This document shows, piece after piece, positions 1 to 12,675 of a DNA stretch of 64,000 bases. The stretch covers positions 4,109,550 through 4,173,549 of the forward strand of contig NC_081371.1 in assembly GCF_030684315.1 (NCBI RefSeq), read 5' to 3'. Source of the stretch: Stegostoma tigrinum. Taxonomy: Eukaryota. The notes beneath the pieces are model-generated. The model did not search any database and was not told the DNA's origin. It worked only from the letters and a program-made list of their open reading frames with translations. The position numbers and the translations under genes are program-made. Position 1 is the first letter of the stretch; every line of letters starts with the position of its first letter.

Positions 1-44
1 AGAGTTAATCAGGGATAGGGTAGTGTCAACCTTATGCTTTCACA

Positions 45-185
45 CCTTCTTGAACCACTGCACTCCTTGGAAGGATGTTGGGGGGGCGGGGTAGGTTGAT
101 CCACTATGTTGCCAGGGAAGGAATTCTGGGATTTTGATCCAGCAACACTGAAGAAACAGAGACACAGTTCCAGGAATATGTTCAA
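45..185 (-). mobile_element. Degenerate 3' fragment of a second non-LTR retrotransposon family (same family as 24330-25760 and 44470-45080)
   Basis: Shares 'cttcttgaaccactgca...gggattttgatccagc...actgaag' with 24408-24480 and 44489-44550. Confidence 0.55.
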
Positions 186-329
186 GAAAGGGAGGGATAA
201 CCATTTGGACATCAAAGGTATCAAAAGGAGGACAGTGGTAATATGGCATTGGGACAGAGGATCAGTCATGATCATATTGAATGGTGACACACTTTTGAAC
301 AGTCAATGGCCTACTCCTGCTAGTATCTA

Positions 330-1238
330 TGTTGGAGGGTTCTTTTAGAAGAGGGATCCCAAACAAGCTACCTCCCCAACAGCCATTCCTAAGCAGCTTT
401 TCCTGAGGAGGCATTCCGAATAACAATCCCCAGAAGAAGAGTTCCAATGGCTAATTCCAGTGGCTATGTCCAGAAGGGGGGATCCAGACAGTAATTCGAA
501 ACCTACCCATACAGGCCTGTTCCACACCAGGGGAACCAACAGCAACTGACCACAACCAGCAGGCCTAAGAACCACCAAACTCCGAAAATTCCTGACCTGA
601 CTGACTTCACAAGGGCTCAGACACATCCTCAGGTGAAAGCTGGCCAGCAAAACCACCAGAAAGTAAGGAAAACCAAGTTCTCACCTAAAAAATCCAATAC
701 GCATCCTACCGCAGCAGCGGGCCCAACCCAGACTGAAAGCCTACACCGTCTGAAGTCTTCATCGAGGCACCAGGAACAGTCAGCTGTATTTCAAAATCGT
801 GCTTTTCCCTAGTGGTGAACTTAAACTTACGAGATCCCAAAGTTTCCAACCTCGCTAGCAGGAAGAGGCAGATGAGTGGTGACAGCAGGAACCCCAAGGG
901 TGGGAAGCCTAATCAAAGATTTTATGACAGGAACTGCTGCTTGGCTTCTAATAGTGTTTAACTTGTGTCTAAGTTAATAGTGTATTTAATTAATGTCCTC
1001 TGCATAAATGATTGTGTCCATTACACTGTTTATTACATCTGCCTTTTTTCCTACATTATACTTACCATTTTGAATTTAATAAATGCTGAGATTCTTTTGC
1101 CCTAAAATACTGTCTATTGCCTTATTCATTTCACATTCCTAAATAAGTCTAGTGTCAAATCCAGGGATCTGGGAGTGATTTGAAGCAGCTAAAAATCAGC
1201 AAATTACTGACTGCAAACCAGAAGCCTACGTTCCTCAC
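330..1238 (+). mobile_element. Possible solo LTR-like segment
   Basis: Begins TGTTG right after a CR1 3' end, has an AT-rich block with AATAAA near 1078 and is followed by CR1-like sequence; the right terminus is not clearly defined. Confidence 0.25.
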
Positions 1239-2625
1239 TAGTCACTGGCTGATACTCAGAAAAAGACCCCTTTATCCCTACTCGTTGTTTCCTGTCTTGC
1301 TCCCTCCATGTCTGTGCACTATCCTGATCCTTTCATTTTAATTTTGCTCTGGTTAGAAACTGTTGTTCATTGTAGTGGCTAAAAACTGGGCTCTTAGCAC
1401 CATTCCAAACATAATGGGCTGTGTTCACTCCCTTTTCTTCTCTTTCCATGCTGGGGAAATGTGCCATCTGCTGGTCTTCTGCGTTTGTGTGGCTGCACTA
1501 TCTGCACCACGGTGGTATGAGATTCCAGACTGACAATGGATTTGTTTTGTCTCCACTGGGATGCATTACTGAAATGTAGCTAACTTCCAAACATCATGTT
1601 CAGTTCAGCAAAATCCATTCTAAAGCAAATAAGGTGAGTAATATTTTTACTGCAATTTACGAGTTCTTCCAACTTCCATGGGCATGAATCTTGAGTGAGT
1701 TATAATGAGGGGTACTTACTGAATGATCAATACCCCAGTGAGGAGCAGATCTCCAGGACAGATAGTGAGTAAACTGGGGTAAATAAAAAAAAGAGTGCTC
1801 ATAAATTCTTGATGGGGAAATGGACTCTGGAAATTTCATCATCTGAATATAATTAGATTGTGCACTGTTGTGACAACTGAAAGCAGATATTAATTTATTA
1901 ATGGAGGAATATCAAATCTATTCCATACTGGAGAACAGTCTGTCTGCACATACCTTTCAATGAGTCAGTCAGATTGCATCCCCCGATCTCTGATCCTCCA
2001 AACATATTGAAACTTTCCTGCAATTCTGAATTCCCTGGTCTCTTCCGTTGTCCTGAATCCTTTGTTGATTTCAGCCCATGTCTACTCCACACCAGAATCA
2101 GTAGAGCTTAAATCCCATGAGTCAACCCAACAACTGGATTCATAAGATTTCTGAAGGTCATATATTGAGTAATTTCTAATGGTTAATGAGCTGAATAGAC
2201 CCACATTGGTCACCAAATGTGGAGCTGGAATACAGAAGGGTATGGACACTGTTCTTCCTCAGAGACTTTGGTAGGAAGTGTAGCAACCCACCCATAGCAA
2301 CTGGCCCACCTCCACATTTCACCGCAAGGGAGGCAGATTACCACCAAGTCAGAATTGCAATGTGTAAAGCAAACTTATTTCAAAAGGTTTAGTAACATAT
2401 TGGGAAGTGCTGAATGATCAGGCACGAGTAAAATGCTGTAGTCTGGAATGTTGCTAGAACTTGGGGAGGTGGATGTACTGGAGTACTGTTCTGAAAGATA
2501 TTAGACCAGTACGCATAGGTTTTACTGGTTTCTGCTTCTGAGTTTGCCAGATCTCAAGCATTCCCAATGTTATTGTTACTTGCAAAAGTTTGGTTCCCTT
2601 GACTCCTGCATTTACAGGATTGAAA

Positions 2626-3904
2626 CAAAAACAGAAACTTTTAGAAAACTACAAACGAATCGATTCCAACAATTACCTTGAGTATACAATGTCGTCCCAC
2701 TTCCTGGAAAGGGGAATCCATTGTCCCAGCTCCTCCCTCTCTGTCACATCTGTTCTGATGATGCCAGCTGCAACAAGGGAGTCTCTGAAATGTCCACCCT
2801 CGTCCTCAACTCAGGATTCTCCAGCACTGCAGTTGACAGGGACCCCATCTAGATCTGAACCATCTTCTTGACTTCCGCCATCACCCCCTCTCTTCCTTCC
2901 CACAACAGCAATAGGGTTCCCCTCAGCCTCACCTACCATCCCAGCAGCACCCACACACAGAGGATCATTAGCTGCCATTCCTGCCATCTCCAACCAGATG
3001 CCAGCATCAGATACATATTCCCCACCCCTTCCTTGTCCATTATCCGCAGGGACCGGTCCCTACAGGACGCCCTGGCCCACTCTTCTTTCACTCCCAACAT
3101 CCTCCACAGCCTCATGGCACCTTCCACTACAACTAAAGTAGGTGTATACCTCGTCTGTTTCCTCACTCCCTCTTCAGTATCCAAGGGCCCAAATATACCT
3201 TCCAGGTGAAGCAGTGCTTTTCCTGCACTTCATGCAATTGAGTCTACAGCATTTCAATGTGGTCTCCTCCACACTGGGGAGACAAAGCATAGACTGGGTG
3301 ACCACTTAGCAGAATACCAAAAGTCCATCCATAAAAAAAGACCCTGAACATCCAGTTACCTAACACTTCAACACACCTCCCGTTCCCAGGCCAACATCTG
3401 TTTCAGTCTTGCTGCAGTGCTCCAGTGAAACTCAGCACAAGCTGGAAGAATGGCACCTTATTTTCCACTTGGGAAAGCCTTCTGGGCTCAATATCAAGTT
3501 CAACAACTTTAGGGCTTGCGGCACCTTCTCCCGTGTCCTTACCTCAACCCCCGCACACCGGGCCTTGTTATCACATGATCTGCTAATCCACACTAGTCGC
3601 TATTTGCTCTCTCAGGCTGATCATTATCCACTCCTTTTTCTGACTGTTCTCCCTCTTGGGGCTCTATCTCTGCCAACTGTTTACTCTATACCGCCCACCC
3701 CACCCCACCAACCTCGCCCCGACCTAGCTTCTGCATATAAACTGATCTTTTCCGAGCTACCATCAGTTCTGAAGAAGGGTCACTGGAACTGAAACGTTAA
3801 CTCTGATTTTTCTCTGCATACGCTGCCAGATCTGCTGGGCTTTTCCAGCAATTTCCGTTTCCATTTCTGATTTTGAGCCTCCACAGTTCTTTCGGGTTTT
3901 TTTT
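2626..3904 (+). mobile_element. Penelope-like element, 5'-truncated and decayed (RT C-terminus, GIY-YIG, pLTR of family 2)
   Basis: Decayed GIY-YIG codons (GETK..LGDHLAE at ~3277-3315; LQCSSETQHKLEEWHLIFHLG...GLNIKF), pLTR with hammerhead-like core at 3769-3798, short inverted pLTR stub at ~2621-2650; TSD ATT[T/C]ACAGGATTGAAA at 2610-2625 and 3905-3920. Confidence 0.85.
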
Positions 3905-4356
3905 ATTCACAGGATTGAAATGAGGCAAAACAAAAGAGTGAGTGTGAAAATTTAAAATGATTGGGAAGCAAACCAGGCTGGAACACACTGCAACTTAACA
4001 TCTTTCTGATATTCATCAAAAATTCCAATGAGGTAAAATCCCAAGATGACAATCCTATAGAAGTAATGCAGGGAGTAATAACAAACATCTGCCCAGAAAT
4101 CAGTTGCTTCTAGCAGTGTTGAGCCCAGCATGGATCAGGTCTAAACAAAGATCGAGCGAGTGACCATGGATTCCAAAGAAAGTATGCATCCACTGGATCT
4201 CCCAACACATCACTGAAGGAACACCAAGAATCTTGGAGTCAGTGAAGAGGTTTTTCAAGCTGTTGGCACTGAAAGATGTTTAGAAACCTTCACTGAACAC
4301 GGTGTGGCTTAAAGAAAAAACTCCAACCTGCCTTCAGCATTGGTCTCCCTATAGGA

Positions 4357-4459
4357 GCTTTTGTGCTCCTGAGATGCTGCTTGGCCTGCTGTGTTCATCC
4401 AGCCTCACATTTTATTATCTTGGATTCTCCAGCATCTGCAGTTCCCATTATCACTATCA
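4357..4459 (+). mobile_element. Short PLE pLTR insertion (family 1) with 34-bp TSD
   Basis: Matches the pLTR at 57626-57690 plus its 3' tail; flanked by CCA[A/G]CCTGCCTTCAGCATTGGTCTCCCTATAGGA at 4323-4356 and 4460-4493. Confidence 0.9.
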
Positions 4460-4544
4460 CCAGCCTGCCTTCAGCATTGGTCTCCCTATAGGAATCTCCT
4501 CGTACGCTGTCAGGATAAAAACCTAGCAGGAGCTGAAATACGCG

Positions 4545-4687
4545 ATAACAAGGTGTGGGGCTGGACGAACACAGCAGGCCAAGCAGCATCAGAGGAGCAG
4601 GAAGGCTGACGTTTCGGGCCTAGTGTTCATCCAGCTCTACACCTTGTTATCTCAGATTCTCCAGCATCTGCAGTTCCTACTGTCTCA
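4545..4687. mobile_element. Short fold-back PLE pLTR insertion
   Basis: Minus-oriented pLTR (gataacaaggtgtggggctgg...gacgtttcgggcctag) joined to plus-oriented pLTR plus tail; flanked by GA[G/A]CTGAAATA repeats. Confidence 0.85.
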
Positions 4688-5849
4688 TGAACTGAAATAA
4701 GGAGACTTGAAAAAGGCACACTCTGTCAAGCTGCACTGTTGCACCCCCCACCACGTGTTTATTCAGCTTTATTTAAAACACCTACTGTTTTAACGATGGC
4801 TTATATCAAATCCTTTACTGGTGATGCGGACAGCTTGCAGTCATTGGCAGAAACTTTCTGGAATCCGCCCAGGCTATTGAGAATCACTCTCTCTATCAGT
4901 GATGCACAATCCTTTTGCAATGAAAATCCCTGATAAGGAAGGGGTGGCAGAGGTGGAATATTGAAACTGTTAGGTGGAGTGAGCCCTTCGACCTTACCAA
5001 TTTTTTAAACCATCTGCTCACTCACTGACCAGCTCTCCTACATTCAAGTCTAAATCGTTCATATACAGCAGATCTTCGTTTTCACCGAGACCTTGTTCTT
5101 ACGAAACGGCACTCTCGATAAACCGGCAAATAATACATACCTCAAAAACCGCATTACTGCACTATTCTGTCTGATTATTACAGCGTATTTTTTCATTTAC
5201 CTCAATGTAAATACTTATTTGTTTTTCGATCGAATGGCCTTGCGAAATATCAACAGCTGATTCAATTACTGTGATGTCCCAGTAGTCAGTTGAGGGTGAG
5301 AGTTAGAAGGCCCTCTGCTGGTTAAGTTTTATTTAAGGCAAGATTGCATTATTTGTTTAAGTGATCTATGTTATAAATAAAGTATAATAGTGCTGTGTAT
5401 AACCCCTGCACCACGTTTCTTCTATTTGGTGTGTGTTTTCACAACGGTTACATGAGCTTCTTGCTCAAGCGGATTATTTGACCAACCGGCGCTTTCCTGG
5501 TCCCGTAGGTGCCGGATAATTTAAAAAAGTTTATTTTTTAGCATACACAGCGAGGGGCGCAACACTGATCCCTGCGGAACCTGACTGGACATCGATTTCC
5601 AATCTCTTGACTATTACCCTCTGCTTCCGGCCACTCAACGTGGATTCTGGATTCAACGTGCCAACTTTCCTTGGATCCCATGAACTCTTTCAGAGAGTCT
5701 CTTATAGTCTCGACCTGAGGAGTGAGAAGAAGACACAATTAACGTTCCGGGTCCGGTAGAACACTTTGTTTTTACTTCCGATCTCTAACAGTGCTTTATT
5801 TTTACAGCAGCAGAGTATTTGACTATTTTACAGGTGTAAAGGCATTTCT

Positions 5850-6145
5850 AAAGGAGGGAGTGCAATGCTGCAAAAGAACTATCAAGCTCTAGATGAGTTG
5901 AGTCCTTCCTATGCTTTTGTGTGGATTTGAAAGGAACCCTGAAAGAAAAGCAATAGAGCCCCTCCTTGTCCCCGGGTCAATATTTAATCGTGTGCTAAAT
6001 CAAAGCTTTCCCTGATCATTATCATATTGCCAATTGTGGGATCTTGCTGTGCACAAATTTAGCAGCGAGAATTTCAACGTGCTGCCTTTCTGCCTCTGAA
6101 ATGTTTTCGAATGTCCCGAAACCGGTGCCACTTAAATGCAGGTTA
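5850..6145 (+). mobile_element. Ancient DeuSINE/SacSINE1-like SINE relic
   Basis: 'gggagtgcaatgctg...tcaatattta...gggatcttgctgtgcacaaatt...aaatgca' resembles copies at 29845-30130 and 32425-32760 and the Deu-domain SINE layout. Confidence 0.5.
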
Positions 6146-7780
6146 AATGTAGAGCTGGATGAACACTAGGCCCGAAAAGTCAGCCTTCCTTTTTAACCTT
6201 CTTTTGGGCAAAATGATTGACCCGCAAGTGACAATTATTATTCCGGATTTAAAACTAAAGACATTGCATTGATGTATGACAGTGAGAAAGACTCCCCCCC
6301 ATGTTACCGATAAACGCGAGCTGCACAAAGTGCAGTAAATTGCTGTAAATTGCTGTGTCCATTAACACCTCTATAAATGCCAATCCAAATAGGTCAGTTT
6401 AACACCTCATTAGTCACTAAGACAATCTAACCAGTGGAAATGCCATATCATGTGCATTCTGATTTGAGCTCCTCATTACAACCATAAACTGTTTTTTTAG
6501 ATGAATAAATTAACTTTTGTTTTGTTGTGCACTTAATACATGTAATTGTTCTGATTAGGGCATCATCCCAGTGGCTAGGGACCCACAGGTGAACTATATC
6601 TTTTTTTGAGACTGGTATAGAGAGCTACAGAATTGACGATAATCCATTAGCCATGGTATAATGCACCAGAGCTAATCTGGGATGCAAACCACATTCTGCC
6701 ATCCTTACAAAGAGCCAGTAAATATCATGCTGTCAGGCTGTTGCATTCAGACAAAAACTAATAATCAGATATATTTACAAACAAGATAATAACACAGGAG
6801 CAGTAAATCTCAGCAGGTTGCTCTCAGTGCAAATAAATTCTGAAATTATAATAGAGCAATGGCCTGTAAGCATTTAAAAATAGCTTCTTCCCCAAACTCA
6901 CCTATAGAAGGTTTGTGCTCATTTCCAAACTGGTATCAAATTGAATTAAGCTGAGATGAATTGGAGTCTGAACTCAAGGCATGTGAGGAGCCTGCATATT
7001 ATTTTGAAACCTAAGAAAGCTCTGAAAAAAGAGATGCCAATCAATCAAGTTCACCAGACAATGGCGTATTCTGGGCAAGACTCACTTAATGAGGAGCAAA
7101 TGATAACCGCAGCATATTTATGAAGGCTCTATACCAAGTAGGCTCAGATTAGCACTTCAAACAATGCTTCAACATTCTATCCAATCTAAAGGACAGTGCC
7201 TGCATTTTCAGGACAATCAAGCCTCGGGCTCCAGCTTGTATTTTAGTAAGGAAATATGACTTCCATCTTAACTCTTGTCATCGAAATTCATTGCTGCTGT
7301 TTAAATGAAGCCAAATAAGGGGAACGAAATACAGAAATCCTTCTTTGAAACACATGAAAGATCTGCTTTCACAGTAATAATGTCCCCATGAAGCACATTC
7401 TCCTTCAGGGTAAGTGTGATGCCTTAACACTGAATCTGAAGACACAAATCAGAATATTGTTTTAAAGACTAGTTGCAGTGGGTGTTTATATGCACAGATC
7501 ACTGAAAGCCAGTACATGGGCACGAAAAAAACAATCAGACCAGCCAATGAGATGTTCAGTTTATACCAAATGTTTTTGGATGTAACACGAGAGTGGAGAA
7601 AGTTATACTTTATCTTGTAAGGGTTAAATTATTTTTAAAAACTGATTCCAGAGAACTTAGCTCCTATTCTTGTAAATACAGACGATTGTTGGGCCATCTA
7701 ATCAAAATGATAAAGTCGTTCAGCATAGTAGATTCAGGGAAGCTGTTTTCACCTTGCAAGGGGAAGGGAACTAAAGCCTG

Positions 7781-8004
7781 ACAAAAAAAACTGAAAGAAC
7801 TGCGGATGCTGTAAATCAGGAACAAAAGCAGAAGCTGCTGGAATGGTTCAGCAGGTTTGGCAGCATCTGTGGAGAAAAAAAAGTTCAGAGTTAACATTTC
7901 AGATCCGGTGATCCTTCTTCAGAAGCTGAAACGTTAACTCTGATCTTTTCTTCATAGATGCTGCCTGACCTGCAGAGTTTTTCCAGCAACTTCTGTTTTT
8001 GCTC
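7781..8004. mobile_element. Fold-back PLE pLTR insertion (family 2)
   Basis: Minus arm 7781-7924 (with tail and 'ccttcttcagaa' core) followed by plus arm 'ctgaaacgttaactctg...ttctgtttttgctc'; same family as 3769-3900, 58216-58352 and 61770-61977. Confidence 0.85.
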
Positions 8005-8279
8005 ATTATATATGGAACTCAAACTTTTTTTGTCAGGATGGTGGTGGGAATCTCCACATTTAGGTTGACGTCCTGCCAACTGAATTATTCCCATATCTTT
8101 CTTGCAACTCTCAAACACTGTCATGTTTACTGACACATCAATTTGCGCGCACTCATTTACCACCAGCCGTCTTTCTTCACTCCTTCCTTCCCAGACACAG
8201 TGTGGACCCATAGACGGTAAAGTGCACAACCTTCAATGCCTCACCCAAATGCTTACTTGTGCCTTATTAGTACAGCATT

Positions 8280-8599
8280 AGGATCCCTACTGTGTGGGAA
8301 CAGGTCCTTCAGCCCAACAAGTCCACACTGAACCTCAGAACATCCCACCCAGACCCATCCCCCTATAACCCACCTAATCTGCACCTCCTTGAACACTACG
8401 GGCAATTTAGCATGGCCAATCCACCTACCCTGCACATATTTGGACTGTGGGAGGAAACCGGGGCACCCGGAGTAAACCCATGCAGACACAGGGAAAAGGT
8501 GCAAACTCCGCACAGACAGTTGCCCGAGGCTGGAATTGAACCCGGGTCCCTGGCGCTGTGAGGCTGCAGTGCTAACCACTGAGCCACCGTGCCGCCCCC
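8280..8599 (-). mobile_element. HE1-type tRNA-derived V-SINE
   Basis: Reverse complement reads GGCGGCACGGTGGCTCAGTGGTTAG (A box)...GGTTCAATTCC (B box), V domain TGTGCGGAGTTTGCAC...TTCCTCCCACAGTCCAAA, CR1-like tail. Confidence 0.93.
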
Positions 8600-8737
8600 A
8601 TACAATTGCCACAATTGGGCAATTCATGACCTCATTCTAATCACAAGCATCCGAGATATTTTGGGTACGTTTTCCACATTATCTTTAAAAGGTCACGTGA
8701 ATTAATTTCAATTCCAGGAAGAAAACGAGGGAAAACT

Positions 8738-9430
8738 AGTTACATTTTACCAGCAGCTTCCACAACGTTGAAGATAGTAAGACCTGCCAATGCTGGAGTC
8801 TGAGATAACGCCGAATGGAGCTGGAGGAACACAGGAGGCCAGGCAGCATCAGAGGAACAGGAAAGCTGACGTTTTGTGTCGGAACCCTTCTTCAGAAAAT
8901 GAATGGCTTTAAATTGAGAGGGGGACATTCAAAGACATCTAGGTGTCCTTGTGCATGAGTTACTGAAAGTAAGCAGGCAGTAAAGAAGGTGAATTGTGTA
9001 TGGGCCTTCAAAGTGAGAGGATTGGAGTCCCCACTCAAAGCGTCAGCTGTCCTGTTCCTCTGATGCTGCCTGGCCTTCCACAATGTTGAGATGTCCCAAA
9101 GTCCTTTGTAGGCAAGGAAGAGCTTTCAGATAACAGACACTGTTTTGTAATGTAGGAAACCAATTTACACCAGGCATATTTTGCAAATGATAATGTGAGC
9201 AATGTGATAATGCAAACGCTGCTTTAATGGTGTTTGTTGAGGGGTGAATATTGGTCAGGACATCTTTGTCTCTGCTCCTTTTCAAATTGTACTGAGTTAT
9301 CCTTGCAACCTGAGAAGGAAGGTGGTGCCTTAGTGAACTGTCCTATCAGACTAAGGATAGACTATTGACTATGGACTAAGGATGGCACCTGTGACATTGT
9401 AACATTTCCTCAGTGTTCTGCTGGTGTCGG
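8738..9430 (-). mobile_element. DeuSINE-like relic interrupted by a PLE insertion
   Basis: Reverse complement of the Deu-type body and tail ('gatgtcccaaagtcc', 'gttttgtaatgtaggaaac', 'tgaggggtgaatattggtcaggaca', 'gatggcacctgtgaca'). Confidence 0.55.
8772..9074. mobile_element. Composite PLE insertion: minus pLTR + CR1 fragment + plus pLTR stub
   Basis: pLTR 8772-8897, CR1 ORF2-like 8898-9040, pLTR stub 9041-9074; TSD CTTCCACAA[C/T]GTTGA at 8757-8771 and 9075-9089. Confidence 0.75.
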
Positions 9431-9929
9431 GTTAGAGCTCAGAGAGAAGAGTCATCCCAGTTAGGGCTAGGAATTGATTTTGGGCAGAAGAGCACCCCAG
9501 TCTGTCTTGTGTTTTGCCAGCCCAATGTCAACATTGATGGATTATGCAGTTCGACTGCTTTTTAGTCTTGGCTCACGTTCAGTAATAATTACCCTTTCAT
9601 TTTATGTCTTGTGGTGATTCACAATTGAATGCACACCCAACAAATGGGTATGCTTGATATTCTTTTAATTCCCTGCTTGGGATATCATTCTTTCCAATCA
9701 CGTTTTCTGTTTCATTCTTGAAGATTACCAATTGCTGATGTTTATTGATCACACTTTGGGATACTAGTTCCTTTGATGTTCCATTTCTTGTATGGAAGGT
9801 ATGAGTGATAAGAGTTTATTAGTAAATGTGGGTGATTAAGTCGGTATGGGTTGTTCAGGTAAACACTGGTAATAGAATCAAGGTGACCCAGTAGGATAAG
9901 GGAAGGCGATAGGTTTATGATGACAATCT

Positions 9930-10420
9930 GAGATGCGAATTACAGGTTTGGCTTAATAGTTAAGGTTAAGAGGTATGGTTAGTATTGGAGTTAAGCTTAG
10001 GGTTTGGATTACAGGGATGGAAACAAGGTGAGGGTCAAGATTAGTGTTAGGGTTAGGTTAAAGGTCAGATTGGAACTAGGGTTTGGAAAAAGGGTAGAGG
10101 TCAGAGTTCGAGGTAGAGTTAGGCTTAGGTTAATAATCAATGTCAGGTCTAAGGATTAGAGTCAGGGGATAGGATCAGGATGATTGTTATAGATAAGGTT
10201 AGGGTAGGATTCAATGTCGGGGTTAGGTATTTAGTTTAGAGTTGGCATTAGATTATGGTCAAGATCAGTGCTTGGATTGGAATTAAGGTTAGGGTTGGGA
10301 TGAAGGGTGAGGATCAGGATCAATGTTAGGTTCAAGACCTTTGATGGGTTAGATTAGTTTAAGCTCAGTTTTGTGGTTAGGTGTTTGGTTTAAGGTCAGG
10401 GTTGTAAGGTTGGATGTCGC
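9930..10420 (+). repeat. Decayed hexamer tandem repeat (GGTTAG/TTAGGG-like)
   Basis: Recurrent ggttag, gttagg, ggtcag, gattag units with 6-bp periodicity over about 500 bp. Confidence 0.8.
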
Positions 10421-10654
10421 TTTGATTCTATAGATAAATGGTTCAGGTTGTGAAAATCCATGGCGCGTGGTGTGAGAGCTGCTGAAGGGTGTACTGCTGG
10501 CTTAAAGACTGCCCTCTACCTGTCCACTTTCCAAGCGTTTTACAGAACACCTCCTAAACCAGTGACCTCTACCAGTGAGAAGGACAAAGGTAATGAAGAT
10601 ATGGGAAAGCTGTTCGTTGCTGGTTCCCCTGTAAGGGAATAGCTGTCTCTGTGA

Positions 10655-12235
10655 CTGTCTCATAGAGTCACAGAGTTTCATATTACAGAAGGAGGCAGTT
10701 TGGCCCATCATATCTTGACCAGCTCACGAAAGGGCTACCCAGATAGCCCTACTCTCCAGCCCCATCTATGTGGCCCTCTGACTTAATCACTTTCAAATAT
10801 GTCGCCTGCTCCTTTTGAAACCTCCAATGAAATCTCCTCCACCACTCTCCCAGGCAGTGTATTCCAAATCCTAACAATTCTGATTAAAGGAGTTTCTCTT
10901 CATCTCACTCCTAGCTCTCTTGCTGACAATCTTGAAATTGTGACCCCTAGTTACTGACATACCAACCAGTGGAAACTCAATATCCTCCTCTACCCTGTCA
11001 AAGTTGTTAATCTTTTTGAACACCTCAATAAGTCACTTCTTAATCTTCTCTGCTTCAAGGAGAAAAAAATAAACAATCTCTCTAAACATTCCCTTGTATC
11101 TAAAATCCTTTATTCCTGGCATCATCTCAGTAAATCTCCATTGAACTCTCTCCAGGGTTTGAACACCCTTCCCTAAAAAAGGTGCCCAGATCTGAACCCA
11201 ATACTCCAAATGTGGTCTGACCAATGATTTGTAGAGGTGTAGCATGAATTCCTTGCTTTTATACTCTATGCCTCTATTTATCAACCCAAGGATCCCATAA
11301 ACCTTCTTAACCACTGGCTCAACTTGCCTGGCCACCCTCAGAGAATTATGTATGTGAGCCATGAGGTCCCTCTGCTCGTATACTCCTTTCAAAGTTTGGA
11401 TTGTCTCTCCATGTTTCTTCAACCAAAATGCATTATCTCACATTTCTCTGTATTGAAATTCATCTGTGAGGTGTCTACACATTTGGCTAACTTTTATAGT
11501 CAGCGTCATCCTCATAGTTCACATTCTCCCTAGCGCAGTACCATCTGCAAATTCGGATTTTGCCCTCAACACTTATCTCCAAATTGTTTATATAAATCAG
11601 TAAAAAAAAGTTCCCAACACCGATCCCTGGGGAACACCACTTTCAACTCATCCCCAGTCTGAGAAATGGCCATCTATACTTATTCTCTGTTTCCTATCCT
11701 TTAGCCACCTTCAGATCCATACTGCCACACACCCATCAATCCCAAATAATTCTAATTTGCTAACTGACCCGCCATGTGGCATCATAAAAATCTGAAGTAC
11801 ACAACATCCACAGCAGTACCCTGATCTACTGTCTGTGCCACGTTGTCAACAAACTGCATTATATTTGTTAGACATGACCTGCCCTTGACAAAGCCATGTT
11901 GACTTTCTAGTATGAGTTGATTTTTCCCTCTTTGTATGCTTACCTTATCCTGTATGATGGCCTCCATCAGTATTCACATTATTGGTGTGAAGCTAACAGG
12001 TCTATGGTTTCCTAGGCCATCCTTTGTCCCTCTCTTAAACGACAGTGTGGCTATTACAATCCTGTAGCCTCCTGGGACTAATTCTGTGTTCAGGGACGCT
12101 TGGGAAATTTTTGGCAGTGGCCCCACACCTTGCTCCCTTACATCTCTCAAAAATCTGGGACGCCTCCCATCTGGACCTGGTGATCACTCTACCTGGAGTG
12201 CTGCCAGCCTTTTTAACATCTCTTCTTTGTTGATC
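10655..12235 (-). mobile_element. CR1 LINE, 5'-truncated, old
   Basis: ORF pieces SQHGFVKGRSCLTN (11782-11967) and LYKSLVRPHLEYWVQIWAP...LERVQWRFT (11033-11422); (CTATGA)-type tail near 10660. Confidence 0.9.
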
Positions 12236-12543
12236 ACTGCACTGCTCGGGTGCTCAACACCCACACTCTCACTGTTTCTGATCCTGCCAGTTTTCATCAC
12301 AACAAGTGCCTCTTTCCACCAAACCATTTGGCCCTCATCCGATCATTCAGTGGCATCACCAGCTGAATATTGCCAATGACAGCCATCAATAGTGAAAATG
12401 TGTCCATACTCTGTTGCTGTCCAGTCTGACGTAGTTGAGGTGGAAATCCTCAATTCATTGAAAGGAACCAGGATTTGCACCTCAACCTGCGGGGCCAAGA
12501 AAAACATGCTGTTAGGTGGGATTAGAACAGGCAGCTAGTTTAT

Positions 12544-12675
12544 CCTCTCTGATGAAGGGTCTAGGCCCGAAACATCAGCTTTTGTGCTCCTGAGATGCTG
12601 CTGGGCCTGCTGTGTTCATCCAGCCTCTCATTTCATTATCTTGGATTCTCCAGCATCTGCAGTTCCCATTATCAC
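12544..12675 (+). mobile_element. Short PLE pLTR insertion with hammerhead-like core
   Basis: ctgatgaagggtctaggcccgaaacatc at 12549-12576, full tail to ...cccattatcac; TSD CAGCTAGTTTAT at 12532-12543 and 12675-12686. Confidence 0.9.

Noticed and set aside
1560-7420. Isolated strong plus-strand donors AAG|GTGAGT (1633) and AGG|GTAAGT (7409)
   Set aside because: No convincing open exon or consistent chain; expected by chance in 64 kb
8253-8627. Recurring ORFs 'GGTVAQWLAL...' and apparent tRNA genes at SINE heads
   Set aside because: Translations and tRNA-derived heads of HE1 SINEs; no complete cloverleaf, so neither proteins nor tRNA genes
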